Source of the DNA: Longimicrobiales bacterium
GTDB lineage: Bacteria; Gemmatimonadota; Gemmatimonadetes; Longimicrobiales; Gaopeijiaceae
DNA: 64,000 nucleotides
Direction of reading: 5' to 3'
NCBI GenBank assembly: GCA_965248195.1
Contig: CBDFIQ010000002.1
Location: forward strand, 928,001 to 992,000
Below the pieces are notes generated by a model that was given only the letters and a program-made list of their open reading frames with translations, searched no databases and was not told the origin of the DNA. This document shows, in pieces, positions 29,465-38,923 of the stretch. A program made the position numbers and the translations under genes. Position 1 is the first letter of the stretch. Each line of letters starts with the position of its first letter.

Positions 29465-30571
29465 TCAAACCCCGATGATCTCGGTAAAGCGTTCGATATT
29501 CGTACTCTGACGAAACCGCTCTGCAAGCCGGCTTGCACGGTTCCGACGTCGTAACGCGGGCAGATGGGTCGCAGCCCAGGCCATCGCATTCACGAGCTCT
29601 TCATCGGTTGAGAAGAGCTCGCCATTCACACCTTGATCCACAACCTCACTGTTGGCATCCACATTGCTGAGGATGCACCACAGGCCGAAGAAGAGCCCTT
29701 CCAACACCGCCCGAGCGACCCCCTCCGCCTCGGACGGAAGAACCATACAATCGGCGCTCTGGACAATGTCATACGGGTTATCGAGGTGTCCACACAAACG
29801 GATCCGATCCCCCAACCCCAACTCGGCGATCCGCGCCTCGACCTGTGGTCGGAGTTCACCGTCTCCAACGATATCCAATGAACACGTGATCCCGCCATCG
29901 CGCAGCCTATCCACGGCATTCACGAGCATGTCGGGACGCTTGCGGCGCGTCAAGCTCGCCAGAAAGACGAACCGTACGGGTGAGTCATCCTGGGGCCCAG
30001 CCCTCCGGCGCTGCTCCAGGCTTCGTTCGTCAATAAAATTTCCGATCAATGCCACACGCTTCAATCCCAGCGCCCGCAGCTGGTTCATCATGGCGTTAGA
30101 CATGGCCGCCACAACGTCGAAGCGCCGTAAGGTCAGCAGGTGGGCATAAGCCAATGGGACACCGACAGGTCCGAAGTCAAAGCGGTAAATCTGGGGAAGA
30201 TTGCCTCGAACACTGCTTACAATGCGCGCGTACCTTTTCATCAGGAGATTCATCATATCCGGCAAGAAACAGTAGGAAATACTCGTCACGTTGTTCCGCC
30301 CGCCGGCGTCTGACAGCACACCACGTAGAGCAAGGCACTTTGCTTTCCAGCCGCGCGCCGCACCGAGCGAAAGGAGTTCGACGCTTGGGAGAATGTCGAG
30401 ACCAGGGACTGTCAGCGGTTTGAGCGCTACGAGCGTAACCCGGTACTGCTCGCTCAAGCCGTTGCACAGGGCCACAGCTCCCTTCACCGGTCCCGCAGGC
30501 ACGAGTGACGGTACAATGACGAAGACGCGTCGATCGCTCACGAGCGGCGATTCTCGGAGGCGTCCATACAC
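29465..30571 (-). CDS. Glycosyltransferase family 4
   Basis: GPVKGA, RRKRP, VGDG.LR, LPSEAEGVARAVLEG. Confidence 0.88.
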   Translation of the reverse strand: MYGRLRESPLVSDRRVFVIVPSLVPAGPVKGAVALCNGLSEQYRVTLVALKPLTVPGLDILPSVELLSLGAARGWKAKCLALRGVLSDAGGRNNVTSISYCFLPDMMNLLMKRYARIVSSVRGNLPQIYRFDFGPVGVPLAYAHLLTLRRFDVVAAMSNAMMNQLRALGLKRVALIGNFIDERSLEQRRRAGPQDDSPVRFVFLASLTRRKRPDMLVNAVDRLRDGGITCSLDIVGDGELRPQVEARIAELGLGDRIRLCGHLDNPYDIVQSADCMVLPSEAEGVARAVLEGLFFGLWCILSNVDANSEVVDQGVNGELFSTDEELVNAMAWAATHLPALRRRNRASRLAERFRQSTNIERFTEIIGV

Positions 30572-31185
30572 TCGAATACCCCGTAGACGCAGTACTGCCG
30601 CATCACGCGACCGAGGCCCGGAAACCTAACCGGCATGTGCAGGATCCGTGAGGCCCGAAACCCTGCCTCCCCTAGTCGTCCCACTAAGTCGTCCTCGTCG
30701 TAGAAGCGCTTGTGGTCGGGGGCGCTCGCATAGCCCCTCCGTCCCGGAACGCCCACGATGAGGATGCCACCGCTCCTTACGACGCGGTGAATCTCAGCAA
30801 GCATGTGACCCGGATCGGTGAGATGCTCAAGCACGTTATCGAGCATCGCTCCGTCGAATTCTCCATCGCTGAAGGGATATCGCCCGGTCCCGTCGATCAA
30901 GTGGGCGTCTGCGCCTTTGCGCAAGCAATACGCGACGTTGTTTGGATTGACATCGACGCCGGTTGAGTTTTCGCGGTAAGACAAGAAATCCCCGATACCG
31001 CATCCGACGTCGACGACCCTCCCCGAGAGGAATCGACTGAGACGCGGGTATAGGAAATACCTTCGATAGAGCGACGCCCGCCAAGCGCGCTGACGCAAGT
31101 ATTGGAAGTATCCCTTGAACTCCGCTTCGCTCATGGAGCGATCGATCGGGTTGTTGTTCAGGAGCGCCTCCCGGGATTGATCCAC
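30538..31185 (-). CDS. Class I SAM-dependent methyltransferase
   Basis: VVDVGCGIG, NVLEHL, GVPG..DHKRFY. Confidence 0.88.
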   Translation of the reverse strand: MDQSREALLNNNPIDRSMSEAEFKGYFQYLRQRAWRASLYRRYFLYPRLSRFLSGRVVDVGCGIGDFLSYRENSTGVDVNPNNVAYCLRKGADAHLIDGTGRYPFSDGEFDGAMLDNVLEHLTDPGHMLAEIHRVVRSGGILIVGVPGRRGYASAPDHKRFYDEDDLVGRLGEAGFRASRILHMPVRFPGLGRVMRQYCVYGVFECMDASENRRS

Positions 31186-31228
31186 ATGTAACTCACGGGC
31201 CTACGACCAGCGAAACTCATCTCCCCCC

Positions 31229-32395
31229 TCATACCGCGACAAGGTCCATCATCCTGGTTGCACGCGCGGTCCAATTGTGATCTTCGATACATTCGTGCCT
31301 CGCCACCGAAGCCAATCGTTGCCCGAGTGCTGCATCAGCGCGAAGCCGCGTCAAACATTCGGACCATGCCGCAGGATCATCGGGCGTGGCCAACAGACTG
31401 TTGTGCCCGTCCCGGAGGACCTCCTGCAATGCCGGCAACCTCGACGCGATAATTGGCACCTCGGAGGCCATATACTCGAACATTTTCATCGGCGACATCC
31501 AGCGCCCGGTATCCTCATCCTTCACGCCGAAAGACACGTGTTGCTGATACGGCATCAGCAACACGTCCATCAGCGCCATAGTACGCACGGTGTCTGCAGG
31601 CTTGACGAATCCCATCACGGCGACATTCGGCTGGTCACTCGCCGCGCGAAGTTCGTGGATGTCCGCTTCGTTTCCACCGAACACCAAGAACATGGTATCC
31701 GCGTGTCGCTCGGCGAGCTCCCGAATAATCTCGATCCCGCGCCCCGGGTACAAGTGCCCGAAATATCCCGCGACGCACCGGTAGCAATCAAGATCCACGG
31801 TCGGGACAGCGGCTGCTCTCGCCTTACCCTTCGACGCGCTCGGCACCACTTGAATGGTCGCCGGAGCCGCATCCCGCAACACCACCGTTTTCGCGGGAGC
31901 CACACCGTGTGTCTCCCGCAGGATCCGTTCCAACGCGTCGGAGATCACGACCGTGACAATCCAGCGGCGACGGAGAATAGCGCGTTGCAGCGCGCCCCGA
32001 AAACCCCTCTGTACCTGGTGCGTCTCGAACACCATGCGGCACCTGAACACCACGCCTACGACGAAGGAGGCGTAGAGATTACGCGAGATGATCAACGCGG
32101 GGAGTTTTCCAAAGAGCCACGCCGTAAAGAACTTCCGGATGACGAGTCCGGCAATTCGGAGGTTGATGCCGCGACCGGAACGGTCGTGCGACGACACGAG
32201 TTGCACCGGCCCAAGATCGACTCCGTAATATTCTTCCAACGCCTGCCGCAACCCCTTGTGGCCTGGCACGGAGCGGCAAAAAAAAAGTGTCGGCTCGTGT
32301 CCCAGTGAGCCGAGCGCCTCGCACATCCGCGCCACGTGTATGGAGTTGGCGCTGCGAGACGGCATCAACGAAGGGGATATGTAATAGAGCTTTAT
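31229..32395 (-). CDS. Glycosyltransferase family 4 (start uncertain; ORF-track N-terminal extension overlaps upstream gene)
   Basis: ANSIHV..MCEAL, GYFGHLYPGRG, SPMKMFEYMAS..PIIAS. Confidence 0.85.
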   Translation of the reverse strand: MKLYYISPSLMPSRSANSIHVARMCEALGSLGHEPTLFFCRSVPGHKGLRQALEEYYGVDLGPVQLVSSHDRSGRGINLRIAGLVIRKFFTAWLFGKLPALIISRNLYASFVVGVVFRCRMVFETHQVQRGFRGALQRAILRRRWIVTVVISDALERILRETHGVAPAKTVVLRDAAPATIQVVPSASKGKARAAAVPTVDLDCYRCVAGYFGHLYPGRGIEIIRELAERHADTMFLVFGGNEADIHELRAASDQPNVAVMGFVKPADTVRTMALMDVLLMPYQQHVSFGVKDEDTGRWMSPMKMFEYMASEVPIIASRLPALQEVLRDGHNSLLATPDDPAAWSECLTRLRADAALGQRLASVARHECIEDHNWTARATRMMDLVAV

Positions 32396-33606
32396 GTCGC
32401 CCCTCCACTCCAGGAGGATGTCTCCCTGGCAGATCGATGATATCCGATCCCGGGGTAATCGATGAATCCCCAACGCGAGGCGTTCGCTGGAGTCAACACA
32501 CAATCCACCGTGGCCACGGTGAGCATCCGGAACCATGAGTCCCACAGGTCCGATTCCGACCACTCGCGGGAATAATCGCTCCAGTGCGTCGCGATGCGAT
32601 CGTGCTTGGGGCGCTGCAGGGTAAGGCCGTAGCGAAATCGTTCGCCGAGTCCGCGAAAACCCACCCGCCAAACGTGGGTAAAGGACGCGCGGAGGTTTCG
32701 CAACGTTCGCGGTCGCACGAGCTTCGACTCTGCGAATCCCCCGTCGGCGTTTTGATCCTTCATGATCGAGGCTGCCGTCTGCCGCAGCGCGCCACGCCGC
32801 CCCGGATCCTCCGAGGCACATGCTGAAATGATCCTCACGGCATCATAGTCGTAGCAACCACCACCACCCGGATATGGAGCGTAATGTCCGTCGTTGTCGG
32901 CCAACAACTGGACGTTCGCCGCGGCAGCTTCAGCCTTCGGGTTTTCGACCCCCAAGTAGTCGAGGATCTCGTACTGGTGATAGCCGTTTTGGAATTCCAG
33001 ATACGTCATCGTCGCACTCCGACTCCAAAACCCCCGCGGATTCATGGCGCGCAAGTGCCGCTCCACCCACTCCTCGATACGGCCATCACTGTCGATGCCC
33101 AGATGATCGCGCGCGTGGAGCAGCAGGATCGCCATGAACATGGCCAGGTTTCCACTCTGCGGGACGCCCTCCAGCGCCCGGATTCGGGCGAGATCCTTCC
33201 CTACGTCTGAGGAGAGGAGTGGCTCGATGACATCCCCGAGAGGATCAGCGCGCAACCGTCCGAGGATCTGCAAGCTGGTCAATGTAAAGGTGAGCAGTTG
33301 AAGGAACTGCTTGTCGAAGGCGAGATCACCGTGCGCGGCTCGCGCGTCGCGGTACTCCAACAAATGAGATCGCATGCCGTGCGAGACGTCATCGGCCATA
33401 CCTGCCATCTCTTCTTCCTTGTTGAGGAGCTGCAGGCCAAACACCGCAAAGCACGAGGCAAAAGGTGTTGACTCGGCCAGAGGCGTGAGACGAAAATCGC
33501 CGCCTTGAGTCGCGCAAGACGTGATGAATTCTTGGTAGTTGGCACGTGCGCTTTCAACGTCGGCGTCCACCAAAACGGCCGAGCCTTGCCGGCGCGGTGT
33601 CTTCAC
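32392..33606 (-). CDS. Hypothetical protein with prenyltransferase/squalene-oxidase-repeat-like (alpha/alpha toroid) features
   Basis: QNADGGF, MNPRGFW, DNDGHY repeat-like segments; ESDLWDSWFR. Confidence 0.55.
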   Translation of the reverse strand: MKTPRRQGSAVLVDADVESARANYQEFITSCATQGGDFRLTPLAESTPFASCFAVFGLQLLNKEEEMAGMADDVSHGMRSHLLEYRDARAAHGDLAFDKQFLQLLTFTLTSLQILGRLRADPLGDVIEPLLSSDVGKDLARIRALEGVPQSGNLAMFMAILLLHARDHLGIDSDGRIEEWVERHLRAMNPRGFWSRSATMTYLEFQNGYHQYEILDYLGVENPKAEAAAANVQLLADNDGHYAPYPGGGGCYDYDAVRIISACASEDPGRRGALRQTAASIMKDQNADGGFAESKLVRPRTLRNLRASFTHVWRVGFRGLGERFRYGLTLQRPKHDRIATHWSDYSREWSESDLWDSWFRMLTVATVDCVLTPANASRWGFIDYPGIGYHRSARETSSWSGGAT

Positions 33607-34625
33607 TCGGCAAACCGGGCGATCGCCATCGTCTGCTGTGCCCGTCGGACCACGCGCCCGACCACTTGCCGGGCCGCGTGCAGCGGATGCGTCGACAACA
33701 GCGCGACGTTGGCCAGGCGAACGAGGCCTGACTCCTTCAACACTCTGGCAAACGAGCGCGGTGAGAATCCTTGTAGGTGTTCATACGGAGACATGATGTG
33801 TACCGTTTCACCATCGAACGGGAATCCCTTCCAGACGTCGCTTGCGTGAATCACCCGCTCGGCGTCCGGCACCGTGATCCGGATAACTGTGCCCTCGTGG
33901 GCGAGTTCGCGCAACGACTGCAACGTTCCGACCGGATCCTGCGTGTGTTCGAGCACCTGCTCCAGGTTGACCGCGTCGAATCGTTGACCTCTCAAGGCGT
34001 CCAGTGTCGTCACGACTTGAAATTCCGTCTCACCCATGCCGTTACTGGGGGCCCTCTCTCGACTCGGCTCGTAGGAACACACTGCAAAGCCCACGTGGAC
34101 GGCTGCCCGGCTCCAGCGGCCGGCGCCGCTGCCGTAGTCCAGCAGCGTCGGACGCCCGACTAGACCTCTCCGTGCGACCTTCCACAGCGCACGCAGTTCG
34201 CGAATCATCCTTCGGGACGGCTGCGTGGGCCGGAGGCCTCTCTTCAAAGGCCGACTGGCGTCATACATGCCGATGAGGGAACCCTGGTCGGGTTGTGTGT
34301 GATGCCAGTGATGACCGCAGCAGCGGCACCGGTGTACTTCCAGGGACAAGCTCTCCTGCCAACCGTCCATGAAACCTCGGTATTTGACTTCGCTGAGAGC
34401 CAGAAACCGGCAGCGCCCCGCGGCATCAGGACGATACGCCGTCGCGGCACCGCTGAAACGGCATATCGGACAGTCGGCGAACACGAGAACATTCATTTCG
34501 AACGGGGGCTCAGTCGCCGTCATCGGGGCCACCGCACGGAGCCACCGTTCACGCGGGAACAGTCTGCGAGTCAACGGCGGCAGGCTGACCCAGGGTTGGT
34601 GCTTCCTGTGGTTTTGCATCCTCAA
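33603..34625 (-). CDS. Class I SAM-dependent methyltransferase with N-terminal zinc ribbon
   Basis: CPIC...CRCCG; LLDYGSGAG; QVLEH; PYEHL. Confidence 0.85.
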   Translation of the reverse strand: MRMQNHRKHQPWVSLPPLTRRLFPRERWLRAVAPMTATEPPFEMNVLVFADCPICRFSGAATAYRPDAAGRCRFLALSEVKYRGFMDGWQESLSLEVHRCRCCGHHWHHTQPDQGSLIGMYDASRPLKRGLRPTQPSRRMIRELRALWKVARRGLVGRPTLLDYGSGAGRWSRAAVHVGFAVCSYEPSRERAPSNGMGETEFQVVTTLDALRGQRFDAVNLEQVLEHTQDPVGTLQSLRELAHEGTVIRITVPDAERVIHASDVWKGFPFDGETVHIMSPYEHLQGFSPRSFARVLKESGLVRLANVALLSTHPLHAARQVVGRVVRRAQQTMAIARFAE

Positions 34626-35811
34626 GCATCAAGAAGAACGGGATCGCATACCAAGCGCGCCAGTCGTTGAGCACGGTCATGATGCCAAACAGGAACAATA
34701 GAGTAGAGCTCGTCGCATAACGGTCTAGCCGGTAACCCGATCGCACCGGCCACACAACGAAATACAGCAAATAGGGCAGGGCTCCAATGAGGCCGTACGC
34801 CGCGAACGGATAGAGGTAGTAAGTGTGCGAGATGTAACCGAGGACCCGGACGTTGTAGGCTTGATCCATTCCAATACCCACCAACGGATATTCCAGAAAC
34901 TCCCGAAAAAGGAGCACGTTCGCCGCGTTCCTCGCATACGCACTCAACAAATTGTCCGGCAAGAGTGCCAAAGTCTCCTGCGCCAATGTGTCCGCATTCG
35001 CAATGCCAAAACTGAGACCGCGCCATAGAATCCCAACGGCCTCGAGATCCACGAACCTCACGGCCAATACCGCACCACTAGCCGCTACCGCAAAAACCAA
35101 CATTTTCCTCAACCCAACGAATCTCCACGCCAATAGGACGATGAAGACCGCCAAGGCACCGCGTGTTCGGTTCAGTAGGATTACGGTAAGCATGACGCCT
35201 ACCAGCAACCACGTCGTTGCCCATCGCGCGTCAGTGGGCCGGTGGAACAGGAGGAGGAAGGCACCGAAAAGCGCCACGAGCGCCACACCGTTGTGGTCGT
35301 AAATATCGAGAGTGGCAAAATAGGCAGGCCCAACCGCCGCAAGGATATACAGCATCACGTGTGCGACGGCCATCCAAGACACTGTATTGATCGTTATGTC
35401 CACCAGGCGAGCCTGTACGCGAACCCGATCCTGATACGTCTTGAGCAAGAAGTAATAGAGGTAGAACCAAACGTTTGTGGTTACGAGATAAAGATTGAAC
35501 CACGTCTGCCCCGGACTGGCATTCCGCAGCGACCCTTGCGCCCATGACAGATAACACCAGAATACCATGACGAAGAGGAAATACATGTCCTCACGATCGA
35601 CCGTAAGCCGCCCGCGGCCCACGACACTACTTCGATCGATGTTGAGCCACAGGATCGGCAGGCAAACCCAGATCAGCCACGGGGGGTTCCCACCCAGGTA
35701 GTACGGGACCGGCAGCCGGAACGCATCTATGATCTGTCGTGGCACATCGAGCGCGGAGATCACGATCAGATAGAGGCTGATGGTTCTGTAGGCGTTTGCT
35801 CCCATAATCAA
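34549..35811 (-). CDS. O-antigen polymerase/ligase-like polytopic membrane protein (Wzy-like)
   Basis: Multiple TM helices; TRGA, S.YAR, PLVGIG, SHTYY..YGLIG. Confidence 0.7.
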   Translation of the reverse strand: MIMGANAYRTISLYLIVISALDVPRQIIDAFRLPVPYYLGGNPPWLIWVCLPILWLNIDRSSVVGRGRLTVDREDMYFLFVMVFWCYLSWAQGSLRNASPGQTWFNLYLVTTNVWFYLYYFLLKTYQDRVRVQARLVDITINTVSWMAVAHVMLYILAAVGPAYFATLDIYDHNGVALVALFGAFLLLFHRPTDARWATTWLLVGVMLTVILLNRTRGALAVFIVLLAWRFVGLRKMLVFAVAASGAVLAVRFVDLEAVGILWRGLSFGIANADTLAQETLALLPDNLLSAYARNAANVLLFREFLEYPLVGIGMDQAYNVRVLGYISHTYYLYPFAAYGLIGALPYLLYFVVWPVRSGYRLDRYATSSTLLFLFGIMTVLNDWRAWYAIPFFLMLEDAKPQEAPTLGQPAAVDSQTVPA

Positions 35812-35860
35812 ACGTAGAACTGGTTGTAGCCTGAAAGCAGCTGTGGGGTCGATGCGATCA

Positions 35861-36754
35861 TCATGTCGGTTCCTGTCTCACCGCCACCATCAATTTTTTC
35901 AAAACGACCGCCGCCGTATGCGCCACCGACTCATGAGTGTTGCCCGCAATGTGTGGTGAGAGCAGCACCTTGTCACCGTGATATTTCCTCAGATCCGCGT
36001 CCCACGTATCGCTTGAATCATAGTTGATGAAGTCCATCGCCAAACCGGCAATGATCGACGCATCCAAGGCATGGAGCAACGCTGGCTTGTTGACGAGTTG
36101 GGGTCGCGAAGTGTTGATCACGAACGGTCTGAGCCTCATCGAGGCGAACTCCCGCTCTCCGAAAAAATCGATCGTTTCGTCCTTCAAAGGAAGATGGATG
36201 CTGATTATGTTTGATTCCTTCAACATGTTGAACTTGTCCGTCTCGTTATTGCCCCGGTCGTATCCTTCCCACGTCATGTCCAGTGCTTCTGCGTACCTCG
36301 CCATTCGCTTCCCCAGGCGTCCCATGCCGAAGATCCCGATGTGTTTCCCCTTGAGCTGCATCCCCCGGAAAGCCTGCCGGTCGCCGACCAACGCTGGGTC
36401 GATAAAGGGAATCTTCCTCACCAGAGCCAACAACAATCCAAGCGTAAACTCCGCCGTTGCCGATACATCTTGGATCTCTGACGGATCGAGATGGATCACT
36501 TGGATGTCACGAGAAGTCCGAATGTGATCGGTCCCAGTGGTATTCGACACTACGTATCGCATCCGGGTGAAGGGCTCCAAGAACTCATCGTCGACAACGT
36601 CTTTGAGACCGACGACGACTGCGTCGACAGTAGCACACCGTGGATCGTCGCGGGTTATGATCACCCCGTTGATCTCGGGATAGTCATCGAAATCGATGGC
36701 GCTGTACATGTCCGGCTCGTTCAGGTACAGGTTGATGGACGGCTGGATGCTCAC
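35861..36754 (-). CDS. D-isomer-specific 2-hydroxyacid dehydrogenase
   Basis: TTGTDHI, ATAEFT, GIFGMGRLG, SIHLPL, INTSR, SPHIAG. Confidence 0.9.
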   Translation of the reverse strand: MSIQPSINLYLNEPDMYSAIDFDDYPEINGVIITRDDPRCATVDAVVVGLKDVVDDEFLEPFTRMRYVVSNTTGTDHIRTSRDIQVIHLDPSEIQDVSATAEFTLGLLLALVRKIPFIDPALVGDRQAFRGMQLKGKHIGIFGMGRLGKRMARYAEALDMTWEGYDRGNNETDKFNMLKESNIISIHLPLKDETIDFFGEREFASMRLRPFVINTSRPQLVNKPALLHALDASIIAGLAMDFINYDSSDTWDADLRKYHGDKVLLSPHIAGNTHESVAHTAAVVLKKLMVAVRQEPT

Positions 36755-36758
36755 GGCC

Positions 36759-37829
36759 TCACTCTACGTCCTCCCACGACAGTAACCGGTCCGCCGTCAC
36801 ATCCCGCTTGAGCGTCTTGCCCACACACCGCTCAACCTCATCCGCCGGAATGCCCGTGCCGGGTTTTTTGGAGGTCAGCATCGCATGCGACAGGACCGTC
36901 CCCGCAGGTTGGTCGGCCGTCAGCGAGACACTCTTGTTGAAGAAAGCACGCATGTCCGCCAGATCCGTGGTGATATCGTCCTTGTCCACAACATGGGTCC
37001 GCATCGTGTGGAACGCGTCCCGAGCCTGCACCAAATGCCGCAGCTCCTCGAACGTCACCGAAGCTGGAACGTCAGGGCCGAACATTGTACGATGGAATGT
37101 CACGTGAACCTCAACGAGATGCGCTCCTCGGGCCATAGCCGCCAGCGACGGGAAGACCGTGCCCGAATGGTCGGATAGGCCGGTGGGTACGCCGAAGCGC
37201 TCATGCAGCTCTTCCACCACGTTGAGTCCCACTTCGGCGAGGTCGGTCGGGTACCGGCTGGTGCATTGAAGCACAGCTAACGGGCTTCCCGCGTTTCGAA
37301 TCAACTCCACGGCGCTCGTGATTTCCGCCCATCCGCTCATTCCGGTACTGAGGAGAATCGGCTTCTTGGAACCAGTGAGATAGGAAAGCAACGAGGTATT
37401 GTTCACTTCGCCCGACCCGATCTTCCACGCCGGCAGCCCCACCCGATCCATCATCTCTGCCGCCTCAATCGAAAAGACGGAGCTGAGGAAGATTATGCCT
37501 CGCTCGCTCGCGTGCTGCAGCAAACCGGCCCACTCGGACGAGGAAAACTCCATACGTTGCCAGTATGAGTACCGGCTATCGTCTGCGTAGGAAAACGCGG
37601 TGCGAAACGGTTCGTCTCGCGTGCTCTCGGCGGCGGCGATGTGAGTTTGGAACTTGATTGCATCGCCTCCGGCGTCGGCGACCGCATCAATGAAGCTGTG
37701 GGCGATCCCAAGCGAGCCGTCGTGCGCCTGCGCCACCTCGGCGATCAGAAGGCATGGCGCCTCCCCACCGACAGCACGCTTCCCCACCATGAAAGAGGCT
37801 CCCTCGCGCAGTCGGCCTGACGTTACCAC
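36759..37829 (-). CDS. neuB: Second nonulosonate synthase family protein
   Basis: AEVAQAHDGS, KFQTH, KIGSGE, STGMS, QCTSRYP, GLSDHSG, EVHVT, KKPGTG. Confidence 0.93.
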   Translation of the reverse strand: MVTSGRLREGASFMVGKRAVGGEAPCLLIAEVAQAHDGSLGIAHSFIDAVADAGGDAIKFQTHIAAAESTRDEPFRTAFSYADDSRYSYWQRMEFSSSEWAGLLQHASERGIIFLSSVFSIEAAEMMDRVGLPAWKIGSGEVNNTSLLSYLTGSKKPILLSTGMSGWAEITSAVELIRNAGSPLAVLQCTSRYPTDLAEVGLNVVEELHERFGVPTGLSDHSGTVFPSLAAMARGAHLVEVHVTFHRTMFGPDVPASVTFEELRHLVQARDAFHTMRTHVVDKDDITTDLADMRAFFNKSVSLTADQPAGTVLSHAMLTSKKPGTGIPADEVERCVGKTLKRDVTADRLLSWEDVE

Positions 37830-37831
37830 CG

Positions 37832-38923
37832 TCAGTCACCTGTCGAGAGGGTCGAGAACACCTCGTACTTTATCTGGTCAGTCTCCCGGTCAAAGCAATC
37901 GACGACGTCGAACCGCGGGATCCCCCAACCCAGGTGGATCGTGCTGGGGGTGACGATCTCCCGGCCCATTCCGAAGCCGGCGACGAATCCGAGCTCGTTC
38001 ATAGCGCGCTTCGTGTCGTCGTCGAAGAATCCATACGGATACGCAACGGTCTTCGCCACTTGGCCGATCTCCTCCTCCAGGAAGTCGGCCGCCCGCTCCA
38101 GATTGCGCCGCTGCTCTTCGTAACTGAGCCGTGGCAACACGCGGTGGTCGTGACCATGGACGCCGACCTCGAACCCGTCATCGACCAATCGCTTCAGGTC
38201 GTCCTTGCTCAAATAGATCTCTCGCACCGCGGACGCTTCCACGTCGTGACCGAACGCGACGCGGAACAACTCGTCCAGTACTCCCCCCACCTGATCGTAC
38301 GGGATGAGGTAGTTCAAATCCATCTTGAAGGCTCTCATCGCCTCGGACCCGTAGCGGTAGAACCGATAGTCGCCCGCGTACGCCACCGACTCCCGCTCTG
38401 CCCCCCTCCCCCTGGGGAAGCGTCGAGCGTGCTCCGCATAGAACGCCTTGGAAAACTGCGTCAATCCCAGCTTGTGCAACAGCAGTTGTATCTTGTGCAC
38501 GTCCAACAACCGGCCTTCGGTAAACGGCTGCGAGCAAACGAAAAACGTTGCGGGGATGCCGAGCCTCTTGAGCACCGGAGCGGCATACTCGATGATATCC
38601 CTGGCGCCGCCGTCAAACGAGATGACGACGTTCGATTCGGGCAGCTCAAGATCCGGATCGACCAGATCCCGGCACCGGCAGAAGGTAAAATTCTCACTGA
38701 GCTGCACGAGATGCCGCAGGAACGAGTCAGGCGTGACGGCCGCATCGACCGGGTACGGATGGTCTCCGTTCGGCCTCAGGTAGTGATAGTTGATGACGGC
38801 GCCGTATCGCTCACCGATATCGATCGCCATCGGCTCGAAATCGAAATCAATATTCGAGGCCGTCCGCTGTGCCTGCGTGTCCATCGACAACTCGTGCCGC
38901 AGTGCCTCGTTCGGATTCATCAC
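37832..38923 (-). CDS. Polysaccharide deacetylase (NodB/CE4 family)
   Basis: NYHY, ISFDGG, PATFFV, GVHGHDH, AYPYG, PRFD. Confidence 0.85.
   Translation of the reverse strand: MMNPNEALRHELSMDTQAQRTASNIDFDFEPMAIDIGERYGAVINYHYLRPNGDHPYPVDAAVTPDSFLRHLVQLSENFTFCRCRDLVDPDLELPESNVVISFDGGARDIIEYAAPVLKRLGIPATFFVCSQPFTEGRLLDVHKIQLLLHKLGLTQFSKAFYAEHARRFPRGRGAERESVAYAGDYRFYRYGSEAMRAFKMDLNYLIPYDQVGGVLDELFRVAFGHDVEASAVREIYLSKDDLKRLVDDGFEVGVHGHDHRVLPRLSYEEQRRNLERAADFLEEEIGQVAKTVAYPYGFFDDDTKRAMNELGFVAGFGMGREIVTPSTIHLGWGIPRFDVVDCFDRETDQIKYEVFSTLSTGD

Noticed and set aside
32396..32821. N-terminal extension of the 530-aa GT4 ORF
   Set aside because: Overlaps the upstream gene in another frame and lacks GT features
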